The notes under the pieces are model-generated. The model was not told where the DNA came from. It ran no database searches and saw nothing but the letters and a program-made list of their open reading frames with translations. This document shows, in pieces, positions 28,983 through 39,474 of a stretch of 53,038 nucleotides of DNA. A program made the position numbers and the translations under genes. This DNA comes from an uncultured Planctomycetota bacterium (lineage in GTDB: Bacteria > Planctomycetota > GCA-002687715 > CAIWVZ01). The stretch covers positions 1 through 53,038 of the forward strand of contig CAIWVZ010000038.1 of assembly GCA_903916245.1 (NCBI GenBank), in the 5' to 3' direction. Every line of letters starts with the position of its first letter. Within the stretch, counting starts at the first letter, position 1.

Positions 28983-31900
28983 TTAATCTGCCGATGGAAG
29001 TTCGAGTTCGCTCTCCCAGGGTTTAGCTCCTCAAAATGCACGTGCGGCCCACAAGGCGAGTCGACGCCCAGGATGTCGTTATCCGTCATCCTGAATTGTC
29101 GCACGCCGTCGGCCGAGACAAATCGACCTCCGCCACAGTCTTTGTAACCTGGGCCTAGGAATGTCATTCCGTCTTCGAGCGCCTCCGACGGATCAATCGG
29201 ATAAGGTGTATTTGCAGATCGAGCGGGCACTCCCGGGATGCGGCATGCTTCTTGGGCGCATCGCTTGACTGCAGCACACCGAGGTCCAGCACCCATTGGA
29301 CCTGTCGTGCCTCCAGTTGCCGATCCACTCCCAGCTTCAGCCGGTGGCCCACGCGGAGTCGAGTCAAAGGTTTCACCGGGTTTCGTCTTGTCAACTATCG
29401 AGCCATCAGCAGGTCTCCTGAGACTCGGAGTCGTCCCTCTTTCAAGGGGCGGCTTGGGCCTCTCGGGCGATCCACCGCCTGCACCTGGAGTTGACCCTGG
29501 ACGAGCATCGCGTGCGGGCCGATTGGATTTGGGCTTCTTCCAACGCTTGGCAGCTTCCTCGGCTTCACGCGCACGGTTCAGATTCCGCATCCGCACTGTC
29601 TGACCCGTTACATTGATTCCAAGCTCGATGACCTCGCTTGCCAGCTCCGCATCTTCCGGGTCGGCACCGGCAGCCAGCATCGCGTGCTTTGTTCCCTCCC
29701 CTGCCGCTGCTGCCACCCCTGCAAGGATCATCTGTCCACCCAGCAGTTGCATCCCACCTGCGAGAACTGGCAACGCTGCGCCGCCCGTCGCAACGACGAC
29801 CGCTGCCGTCGCAAGAGTCACGAGGATCTCAACGGCACCTTGCTGGCACGCGGCAGTGATTCCACTGATGATCATTGAGCCGACGGCGTCCCAAAATCCA
29901 CAGCCGCTCGGATCCAGGAACCTCAGCGGATTCCCCCCGGCGTATTGGTACCGATTCATCCCGTCGACGAACCCTGCGGGGTCAAGCTGGAGGAACCTCC
30001 CAATCGCAGGCGAGTACGCCCTCGCTCGGTAGTGGTACAGGCCGATTTCACTGTCGTAGACATGGCCTGTGTACCCAAACGGGTTGCCTACGGTTGACGA
30101 GGTGACGGGCTGGCCCTGCCCGTTGTAGATCTGAGTTTCACCGTTCGGGCCGTAGAAGTACCGTTCAACGACCGCCCCTGATCCATCCGTGATGGCGGAC
30201 ACGGAGCCCAGCCGATCCAGATGGCAGTAGAACGTGGAGGTCGCGGTCTCGATGACGGCAGCCCTGTCGATCCCGTCGCCGTGGATGAAGTGGGCGACCC
30301 GGGTGCCCGAGCCGTCGTACTCCTCCATGAGCTGGACGCCGTCGTAGACGAACGTTGAAGTCTTCGCGTTCGTCCCGAACACTTGTTTCCGGACTCGGCG
30401 GCCGACCGCGTCATACTCAAACGACACAAGCAATGCTGTCGTCGACGCATCCCGCACCTCGATCAGGTGGTTCGCCCAGTCGTAGGCGTAGGTCTTCACC
30501 CCGTCTGACTTCAGGTTCCCGTTCTGGTCATAGGTAAACGACACTCCCCCAACTGCACTGTAGGAGGACTCCAGACCTCCGGTGTACGACGTCGTGGCGG
30601 GGGTGCCCGATCCCCATGCGGTCCATGACGTCTGGCTGCGGTTTCCCCGTCCGTCGAGCGTCGATCCGAGCGTTCCCAGTGCCGAGGTTGGGTTCGTCAG
30701 GGCATTCGCGGCGATCGTCGACGAGGTCACCCTGTCGAGGTCGTCAACCGTGTGGAGGTCGTAGACCGACTCCGGCTGATATGCGACCGATGTCACGTTG
30801 TTCGCAGCGTCGTACCCGTAGCCGCGTCCGAAGAACACGCCGCCTGAGTTCGTGTGTTGTTCGAGGGATGGCCTGAGGTAGGAGTCGTAGTTCCGGGTCC
30901 AACTGACGCCGTTACCGAAGGATCCCGCGGTTCTTCTTGAGGCTCCAGTCCAGGTCGATGTGAAGAGAGTCCCTGTCGTCGGCGCGGCTCCCGTCACGGA
31001 CGTCACCCGCTTGAGAGCGTCCCGGACATAGTTGATCCCGCGACCACTCGGAGCCGTACGCGAGACCCGTGCTCCGTCGATGTCGTATCCGTAACTGACC
31101 GTCCGGCCGTCTTGCGATTCCGTGAGGAGGCGACCCAAGGAGCTGTAGCTGAGCGTGTCCGCATGGCCGGAGCCTGCGTTGTTGCTCGCGGAGATTAGAC
31201 GGTCGGCAGCGTCGTAGGCAAAGGACTCGGAGGTAGCCCCCACGACACCGCTCGCAAGCGTCATGGTCCGACCGGTCATGCGCCCAAGAGCGTCAAATGC
31301 CTGCTGGACAACCGTGCCGTTGCGGTCCGTCCAACGGGTCAGGTTGCCACCCGCATCGTGGACGAAGGTCTCGACCTTCGAGCCGGGATAGGTTGCGGAG
31401 GTACGCCTGTTCAGGTGATCGTAGGCAAACGAGACCGTCTCCCCTGCGGAGTCCGTCCGCGAGACCATCCGCCCCCCTGCGTCATAGGCAAAGGAGTCAA
31501 CGAGGTTGGTTCCGCCATGTGGGCGAGTCCGCGACGTCACCCGTCCAAGCCCGTCATAGGCCAGTCGCGTTTCGTTGCCGCGTGGATCGATCGACGTCAA
31601 CACACGACCGTCGACGTCGAAGATCGCGGTGGTCGTGAGGTTTGACTGGTTCTGCGCTCCCCCGATCGGGAGGTGGGACACCGTCGACACGTTCCCATCA
31701 ATGTCGTAGGAGATGTTCGTCTGGGCGGTCAGGACATCGGCGTTGTTGATCCGGTCGTACGCTGTCTCGGCGACCACCCTCCCTCCTGAGATGACGCGTG
31801 AGGACTTGTTCCCCAGCGCATCACGGGTGGACGTCAGCCTCCCGCCGCCGTCGTATTCAAAGGTCGTGGCCTGTCCCCCAGGGGCGACCGACTGCGTGAT

Positions 31901-31992
31901 CAATGCCGATCGATCAAAGCTCAGCCTCGACTGTGCATAGGTCGTCCCCGACACGAGGACATCTGAGCCATAGGTCCGGCCTCGCTCATCAA
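28979..31992 (-). pseudogene. 5'-truncated RHS-repeat protein with intact core and C-terminal toxin domain
   Basis: YD..GR repeats; core YRARAYSPAIGRFLQLDP..DGMNRYQY..NPLRFLDPSG; repeats begin abruptly near 31990 with no plausible start. Confidence 0.88.
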
Positions 31993-32001
31993 TGAGAACG
32001 C

Positions 32002-32577
32002 GTGGACGCCACCGTAAAGCGCGTGCTCGAATCTGCGTTTTTGATTCCAGAGGCAAGAAGTCCAATCGTGAAGTTGCTCCAAAGTGAGACGATTGGCGAC
32101 CAGACACTCGACGCAACGGATATCGTCGCCTCGCTTCGCAGGGCCACGATTCGCGTCGAGTTTCCGCCAATGCCCGATACCGACGAGCCGGCAGACTTGA
32201 TCACAAATCGCTTGCCTCGGGCGTCCTCAGCAAAAGCATCGTTGTCGTCTCCACGAGGCGTTTTGCCAGTCGACGGCAGCCGACTCACGATCATTGAACT
32301 GATTCAGTCCAAGCGGCTAACAGCGAAGACCGGACTCATTCATAAGTCGCGCCGAGGTGATTTGCACGCCGCGATTGAATCCGACGGACGGGTGACGTTC
32401 GAGGGCAAACAATGGCCAACGCTTTCTAGTGCAGGTGCTGCGGCACGTCGATCCGAGGCTCCCGGCCGATGGAAGAGCGACAACGTTCCCGCGACGAACG
32501 GTTGGACGTACTGGTACATAAGGCATCCGAAGACGGGTGCGCTTATGACGATGGATGATTTTGCGCGACAGCCATGA
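32002..32577 (+). pseudogene. RAMA-domain protein, probably the 3' remnant of a restriction-associated gene
   Basis: A.I..DGRV.FEGK.W.TLSSAG...NGWTYW; in-frame stop at 31993 and no RBS. Confidence 0.7.
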
Positions 32578-32832
32578 CTCAGTCACTCTGAAGGCGAAGC
32601 CGACTCTTGCAGCATCTCGAACTTCGATGTCACACTGAGTCGATCTTAGAAACACCTGTGCGCTGCTTCGTGCGTTAGCCCATGGTTCAAGATCGTCCAT
32701 TACAAGCTTGTCGGGTTGGGCGTACGGTGCAGATGCTCAACGGTCTCGCGCTCACGTCATGGAGTCCTCGTACTTGACCACCGGGCTTTGAATTCGCGGC
32801 GCATGAGAGGTGCATGTCACACCGTGACTCTT

Positions 32833-33183
32833 GTCACGGTCAAGGCCTTGGACGACTTCCAACGCCTACGAGAATCACGACTCGACGTTGATGAGGTCAT
32901 GCGCGAGGTCAAGAAGTTGGTCAGCAGCCTTGCAAGCGTCGGCGATGTGATGGCATCGGGAACACTCAGCGAGCGACGGGACTTGTTGCAAGGATTGGTG
33001 CAGCGAATCGACTACGATCCGGCAACGGGCGCGGCGGATGTGACGTTCTTTGGGTTGCCTAGAGTCAATGTCGCCGGAGGATCTGACGGCGGAAGGAAAG
33101 CGTCCTCTTCTGCCTTGATGGCGGGCGCACGCAACCTCGTCTCAAAGAGAACGGTTTGGGTCGGGAGGAGGAGGGCTGGGTGA
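32833..33183 (+). pseudogene. Probable large serine recombinase C-terminal stub (middle copy)
   Basis: Helical stretch then ERRDLLQGLVQRIDYD...VTFFGLP; no catalytic domain; reads through att. Confidence 0.75.
33101..33163 (+). repeat. att junction (core 33114-33129, 15/16 match to tRNA end)
   Basis: Direct repeat of 28511-28573. Confidence 0.9.
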
Positions 33184-33488
33184 AGGGTGAAGTGTACCCA
33201 AAGGGGTGGGCAACAAGTGGCCGGACGGGGTTGGCCGATTGGATCCCGATGACCCGTCCGAGGCAAGAAAATCAAGGAGTTAAGGACCTGCATTTCTGGT
33301 CGATTTCAGGGATCTAAAGGCTATTTTCAATCCGGATTAGCGACTGCGACGCACAGAAATCTCACCCCAACACCGCCCCCCTTTCCAATTCCAGCCTCGA
33401 TCGGATACCGTCCACCCGTGTGGTGGGTCCCTTTCAGCCCAAAGGGGTAATCACCTTTCCGTACGCGAAAAAGTACATGGAGATAGTG

Positions 33489-35677
33489 ATGAAGGCTTTT
33501 CACGCAGTTTCCGCATTGTTCGCCATGGCGGCAGTCCTCTGCGCCCACGGCGATGAAGGTTTTACCCCCCCCCCCCCAGTAAATTAGGGACGACACGGCG
33601 ACCGCCCCCTGTGGTTGTCGGGCAACTCACCCCGTGCAGGGCGGTTCCTGTGTGGATTTCGGGTCAACAAGTGCTGAAATGCAGCGAGCACGTCGGAGCA
33701 CACATCAAAACTCGACCCGAGTCGACAGTGTACCAACTCAGGGATGGAAATATCCGGATCATCGAACCAATGTGCGACGGTCATCACAGCCACGCGAACA
33801 AGCCAGACGTACTCTGGTTCGTCTGCCAAGCGGGTCCTCGCGTTGCGCCGAATGTCAACCCGGGTGTCGACTCGCCCTACTCGGCCGTTGACTACCCACC
33901 CAACCCAAACAACGCTGCACAGCCCGGAACACCAGAAACCCACGAGTTGATCACAAGGCACTGGAAGTATCCGAGGACGATTACGTACACGGTTCACAAG
34001 CCGTTCCCGATTACACCTGCTCCAACCTCGTGCGCTTTTCCCAATGTCATTCTGTGCAACATGAATGCGTTTGCTTACTCGACACCGGGGTACTACACCT
34101 ACGTTGACTTCGAGACGGACATCAACTCAATCTTTAGTGCCATCCAACAGAACAGCTTCCTCGACTTGCAATTCACAGCGTCCTCAGGCACCACCGATTG
34201 GGAGGCGGGCCTCCCTGCCACACCGGCCTTGGTTTCAACGGACTCATTCGAGTGGCGGGTAGGCGGGACACCAGCAGGACCTACGGGGAACGGTGTCAAC
34301 GACATCATCTTCCTTAAGAACCACTACTTCGTGGCATCCGGTGGGGGTGTCAGCATGGACGTCGATCCCGACAACGGCGCCATTAACGAGTGCGACATCA
34401 TGTTCTCAGCCCTTGTGCCTCCAGGGGCTCCTCCTGCATGGCCTGTGGGCGGTTACGGCCCACGATTTACCACCGGACTCATCCATGAGATCGGCCACTT
34501 TCTTGGCCTTGATCATACGAATTTGGCTCCTGGATGCGGGTCAAACAACATTCCGAATGGTGGAAGTCCAACGTCCTACGCGATCAACTTTGCGTCGACG
34601 AGCCAGTTTCCCGCCATGGTCGGCGCTTTCACCTGGGCATTTACTGCAACAGGCGTACCTGCAAATTACGTAGCGCAATTCGTCACGCAGTTCCCCGCAC
34701 TGGGCACGACACTACCGACGGGTGCCAATTCTGACGACCTCGCCGGCTTAGCGAGGCTATATCCAATTGCCATGTGCGATTCCCCGACTCTCGGCAAACT
34801 TCCTTGGATCAACCGTTTTGGGACGATTCGAGGCAAGGCGATCTATGCGGGCGTTCCGCAGTTTGGTGCGAATGTACTGCTTTCCAGCCACGTGGTGTCT
34901 GGCACGCCGGTAACGGTGCCGGGGGTCCCGGTCGTTGGGACCGTCAGCGGGACTGCACGCCTTGCGCCTACGTCCATCGTAGGCGCCTTGGACCTTGGCA
35001 CCAGCGCTGCGACCACCGGTGACTATCGGCTCATCCTCGTACCTACCGGAAGCTGGGATATCGTTGGAGAACCCCTAACTTCGGCTGGAATTTATCTTGC
35101 CCCAAACGCACTTCCAAACGGTGGCACCGGACTCTTCCCCGTCACTTTCGGCGAATGGTGGTACCACACGGCTACGGCACCGAATGCGTCGATTAATCCT
35201 GGGTACAATCCTCTTTGGAACACAACGACCAGCCCGGGGCAGACCGCCATCATCTCAAGTGCTGGCTCAGGTTCTACCCTGGATTCACTGCAGGTTGTTC
35301 CAGGCTCCGTGATCGACGTTCAGACTCCCCTGGAACTTGCAGGATCACCGGCATTCGAGAACGTCTCGCGACCCCTGGTGGAGATCCTCCAACGTGGTCT
35401 CGTCGGCGGCCTCATTCCCACTAGCATCACAATCCGCGTGACGACGGCGACGGTGAGGCCTCCCCCGCTCGTGGTGACGGCAAACGGAGCACTCGTTTCT
35501 CCTACATATGTCTCGGGCCCTGTCGGTGGCGGGCCCTTTCAATGGACGTTCAATCTTCCATCCGCGGCCATACCTTCGGGATCGGTTCGCCCGCTAAACG
35601 TCACAGCCACCGCCAAGGAGGGAACCACGCCACCCTATGGAACCTCGGTGTATGGCATCAACACCGTGATCTACTAG
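33489..35677 (+). CDS. Secreted matrixin-like zinc metalloprotease, frameshifted at a C13 tract (main ORF 33611-35677)
   Basis: HEIGHFLGLDH plus PAM Met-turn; signal peptide from ATG 33489 (GGAG RBS) is in a different frame. Confidence 0.85.
33565..33577 (+). repeat. C13 homopolymer tract
   Basis: 13 consecutive C between signal-peptide frame and protease frame. Confidence 0.95.
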
Positions 35678-35686
35678 GACAGCACC

Positions 35687-37468
35687 ATGCCAACGTCGAC
35701 AAATGGGACTTCGATGGCTGCTCGTCTCGCGCGAGGTATCGCTGCCTGTGTGCTGGCCGCTGCGTTCGCGCGCGGCCAGCTCATGAGGGACCTTTCGCCG
35801 ACCGCGTATTTCGCAACGAGCGGAATGCCGGTTTATTCGGGCATTCCGTATTCGCAATTCTCGCGGCCTCGCGTTGCGGATTTGAACGGCAACGGCCGGC
35901 CAGACCTCGTCATGTACGACGGCACCGCGGTCTCAGTGATGCTTGACCCAACGCTCGGCGTATCTACCGCCGCAACTGGCTACGAAACAGCCGGGGCACT
36001 CGCCTCGGGCGGAAGCAACGATCGCGTCGCCCCCCCCGCGGTATGCGACTTCAATGGAGACGGCTATCTAGATATCGTCGCCGTCCGGTATCAGATGAAT
36101 GGAGCCACAGGGACACCAGCAGATGCCAACTCCCACCCGACGCCATTCGTTATCTACCTCAACCAAGGGGATGGGACGTTTCAGTTGTCCCAGACCATTG
36201 CGGCATCGAGCACACTTCTCTTTCGCCATGACGCATTCGACATTGACGGGAACGGCCTCGGCGATCTGATTGTCACGACATGGGTGCCAACTACAACGTT
36301 CGGAGGGTACCAAGCGAACGTAACGGTATTCCTGAACAATGGGTCGACGTTAGTTCCAACCGGCGCAACATTTCCAGGGCCCAATGAAGGACGTTACGCC
36401 GGACATGGTGACTTTAACGGAGATGGACGTAGCGATCTGCTCTTTGCTTCGTCGCAGACGAACGTTCAATTTAGCCCATACTATGTCATGTTCGGTCTCC
36501 CGAACAATGCGTTTTCAAGCCCCGTTGCCTTCAACCAGTCTTATGTTGCCACCTACTTCACCGAGTTCATTCCAAAGATCGCCGACCTTGACAGCGATGG
36601 TTATGACGACATCGTGATTAGCTACCCTAGTCCGTCGATTCTCGTCTTTTGGGGAGGCCCCAATGTCCATCTCAATGGGGCACCAGCGACACCGATTGGG
36701 CAATTCCCAGCATGGCAGGGGCATGAATTTGTTGGGTGTTTTGACGTAGATGGTGACGGCACTCTCGACGTTGTGGGCACCGATTGGTTGCCGGGCGCTT
36801 GGATCTATCCAACCTACCCCCCATTTACCACACTGGTTATGTTGAGGAATCGCGGCGCTCGTCAGTTTTCGCCCACAGCCGTGAGCCTCGGTTCTTCGTT
36901 CAATAGCTCATACCCTGGCACAACCTTCAGTGGGTACGGCTTCACTCAACTTGCCTTCGCGGCGGCCGACTTCGACGGCGATGGAGATGTCGATTTGGTA
37001 GGCCTGCCAGGATGGGTTAATGCTCCCCAGACGAATCACCGAGCCATCTACTGGGAGAACACGTCCAACCTTCGCGGTGGGTGTGGGGGCATTGTCGGGA
37101 CGCCTTCGCTAACGTACTCAGCTGCGTACTTGGGTAACGCTGGATTCTCGCTCGGCATCACGGGTGCGGGTGCGACGGCACCTGCTGCCTTCATCGTTTC
37201 ACAGAGTCGCCACATGCTGACAGGGTGCGGTATCGTCCCAAATCTTGCCGTTGGTCAGGTGATTCTTCCAACCCCGTCGCTCGGGCTTACCATGACCGAT
37301 GCGCTTGGCTCCGCTTCGCTCGCGATTCCGCTTCCCAATGTCCAGTCTCTCATTGGGGGCCTCTACTACATCCAAGCCGGCGTAGTTGATCCGCTAGGTG
37401 GTTACCAGGTGGCCCCAGGGCTCAACCTCGCCCTTTCCAACGCCCACACCGTCCTGATCGGACCTTAG
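35687..37468 (+). CDS. Secreted FG-GAP/VCBS-repeat protein with conserved C-terminal domain
   Basis: Seven D[LFIV][ND][GS][ND]G..D repeats; signal peptide; C-terminal ...QAGVVD...LSN...IGP. Confidence 0.9.
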   Translation: MPTSTNGTSMAARLARGIAACVLAAAFARGQLMRDLSPTAYFATSGMPVYSGIPYSQFSRPRVADLNGNGRPDLVMYDGTAVSVMLDPTLGVSTAATGYETAGALASGGSNDRVAPPAVCDFNGDGYLDIVAVRYQMNGATGTPADANSHPTPFVIYLNQGDGTFQLSQTIAASSTLLFRHDAFDIDGNGLGDLIVTTWVPTTTFGGYQANVTVFLNNGSTLVPTGATFPGPNEGRYAGHGDFNGDGRSDLLFASSQTNVQFSPYYVMFGLPNNAFSSPVAFNQSYVATYFTEFIPKIADLDSDGYDDIVISYPSPSILVFWGGPNVHLNGAPATPIGQFPAWQGHEFVGCFDVDGDGTLDVVGTDWLPGAWIYPTYPPFTTLVMLRNRGARQFSPTAVSLGSSFNSSYPGTTFSGYGFTQLAFAAADFDGDGDVDLVGLPGWVNAPQTNHRAIYWENTSNLRGGCGGIVGTPSLTYSAAYLGNAGFSLGITGAGATAPAAFIVSQSRHMLTGCGIVPNLAVGQVILPTPSLGLTMTDALGSASLAIPLPNVQSLIGGLYYIQAGVVDPLGGYQVAPGLNLALSNAHTVLIGP

Positions 37469-37814
37469 TCCGAATGCGTTCGGATCTCCGCGCCATGGAT
37501 GAGTCGTTGGGTGCAGATTTGGCGAACGACGGCCCCGTTCGCCTTTGGGCTGTGCCGTGTTGTCAACGGCGACTCCAACGTAAGCGTCGGGCCTAGAATC
37601 GTGATGTGTTGATGTGCTCCAGAACGGCGCCTGTGTACCCCGTGTGGTGGAAGAGCTCATCCGAGGCTGTCGTTTCTTGCTGAACACATGCCGTTCTGGC
37701 TCCGAAGCCTCTGGACGACGAGTTCGGGGTGCGGACGCCAGTTTACACCCGGTCCCCAGCCTTCTGCGCTATCCCCTTCCCATAGGAATCGTGGTCAAAC
37801 CCTTCCACGTCCTC

Positions 37815-37861
37815 GCGGTCTTCGGAACCGCAGGTCGCCCGTTCGAATCGGGCCGGGACCG
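37815..37861 (+). pseudogene. 3' part of tRNA-Arg(TCG), probable relic att site
   Basis: GCGGT-CT-TCG-GA-ACCGC anticodon arm, AGGTC, GCCCG-TTCGAAT-CGGGC T arm, CGGGACC-G; no D arm or correctly spaced 5' acceptor strand. Confidence 0.8.
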
Positions 37862-38341
37862 CTAGGAATTCGCTAAGTCTCGGCGTTTCGGCCCAAGCCA
37901 GTGCCAGAATGCTGCCAACTTCCCGCGGGCAATAAACCACCGATCGTCGGCTCAGGGAGGCCGTCCATCCCCGGGGTCAAGTCCCTTGCAGGTTCGGCGA
38001 GGCGCAGATTCCCAACCGCCCCACGAGGTCACAGTTCGACCGCCTCCATGGCTCCTCGGTCAGCGCTCTACCGAGATGTGCGGGTGCGCCGCAGCGGACC
38101 GCGAACCCACTCCTACCGCGACGCTGCATGAGATCGGTGCGTCTGACAACCTGAAAACTTAAGGCCGACTGTCCGGAATCGATGAGAGGAGCTCTGCCTC
38201 CATCGTACAGATCAGATGACTTCAGGACCTCCACGGCGCGCGAAAGGGACCGGAATCTATGCGCAGGACGGCGCCTTTCGCTCCGGATGAGCGTCTGCAC
38301 CACACGGGGTCGGCGTCCGTGACTTCACTTTCGAGGCTTGC

Positions 38342-39142
38342 TCAGGGTTCATTCGCATTATGGCCTGCCGGTTCGCAGAACTGACCTGACCCGCGGACAT
38401 TGGTCCGGGTCACAAGGTTGTCGTTCAGGTCGTAGACCATGACGGTGTCAAGATAGGTCGGCGACCCCCCGCCTGTCAAACGGCGACGGATTTTAGTGGT
38501 ACGCCCGAACTCGTCGTAGAGGGCGGCTACGACGTTCCCGTTAGGGTCTGTGGTCGTCCTGACGCGCCCAAAGCCGTCCACTGCGAAGGTGGTCGTGAGG
38601 GCGGTGTCGGAGCCCCCACCCCGTTGGCTCTCTGAGGTGAGGTAGCCGTCCCCATCGTAGGCGTACTCCACGACATAGGACTTGGTGGTCCCCCCTTCGG
38701 ACTCATCGGCAGTGGTCTTGGTGACACGGCCGGCTGCGTCAAGGTGCTTGGTGGTGGTGTTGCCGAGGGCGTCGGTCACCTTCGTCATGCGGCCGGCGGC
38801 ATCCATGGCGAAGGAGGTGGTGGTGGAGCCTCCCCCGCAGCCGCAGGAGTCGGTCTTTTGGGTGAGGCGGTCGGATTTGTCGTAGGCCATCGTCCCTTGG
38901 ATGGTCCCGCTGCCGATGTTGTCCGAGAGATTGGCCTTCTTGGCCCAGCGGGAGGTGGTGGTCACACGGTCGTTCTGGTCAAGCGCGTAGGTCGACTCCG
39001 TGAGCTTGGCGTTGGAGGAGTTGAACGCCTGAGAGGTGATGGCGTTCGAGTTCTTGTCGAGGGCCGTCACACGGTAGTGGGAGCCTGGGTCGATTGACTT
39101 GGTGGTGCGGTCGAAGGAATTCGAAGGCGAATTCAGACCCAA
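38342..39142 (-). pseudogene. Internal RHS/YD-repeat fragment
   Basis: D..GR...TDALGN, YAYDGDG, DGFGR..TTDPNGN repeats over ~38395-39115; no N-terminus, no core. Confidence 0.82.
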
Positions 39143-39147
39143 CTGTA

Positions 39148-39377
<230 letters not shown>

Positions 39378-39474
39378 GTGGATGGTCAGTTTAAAGCGGA
39401 TCGGGACGGTTTCAAGGTGGCAATCGGCCGGACCCGGAATAACTCGTCCCGTGCCGACCGGGGCGGTCTCTCAC

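Noticed and set aside
37614-37700. Possible degenerate tyrosine-integrase box II (LQNGACVPRVVEELIRG)
   Set aside because: Lacks LGH and catalytic Tyr; resemblance too weak to call without a search.
37751-37861. Complete tRNA-Arg using ggtcccc at 37751 as 5' acceptor strand
   Set aside because: 64 nt from the anticodon stem, no D arm, and one mispair; treated as a 3' fragment.
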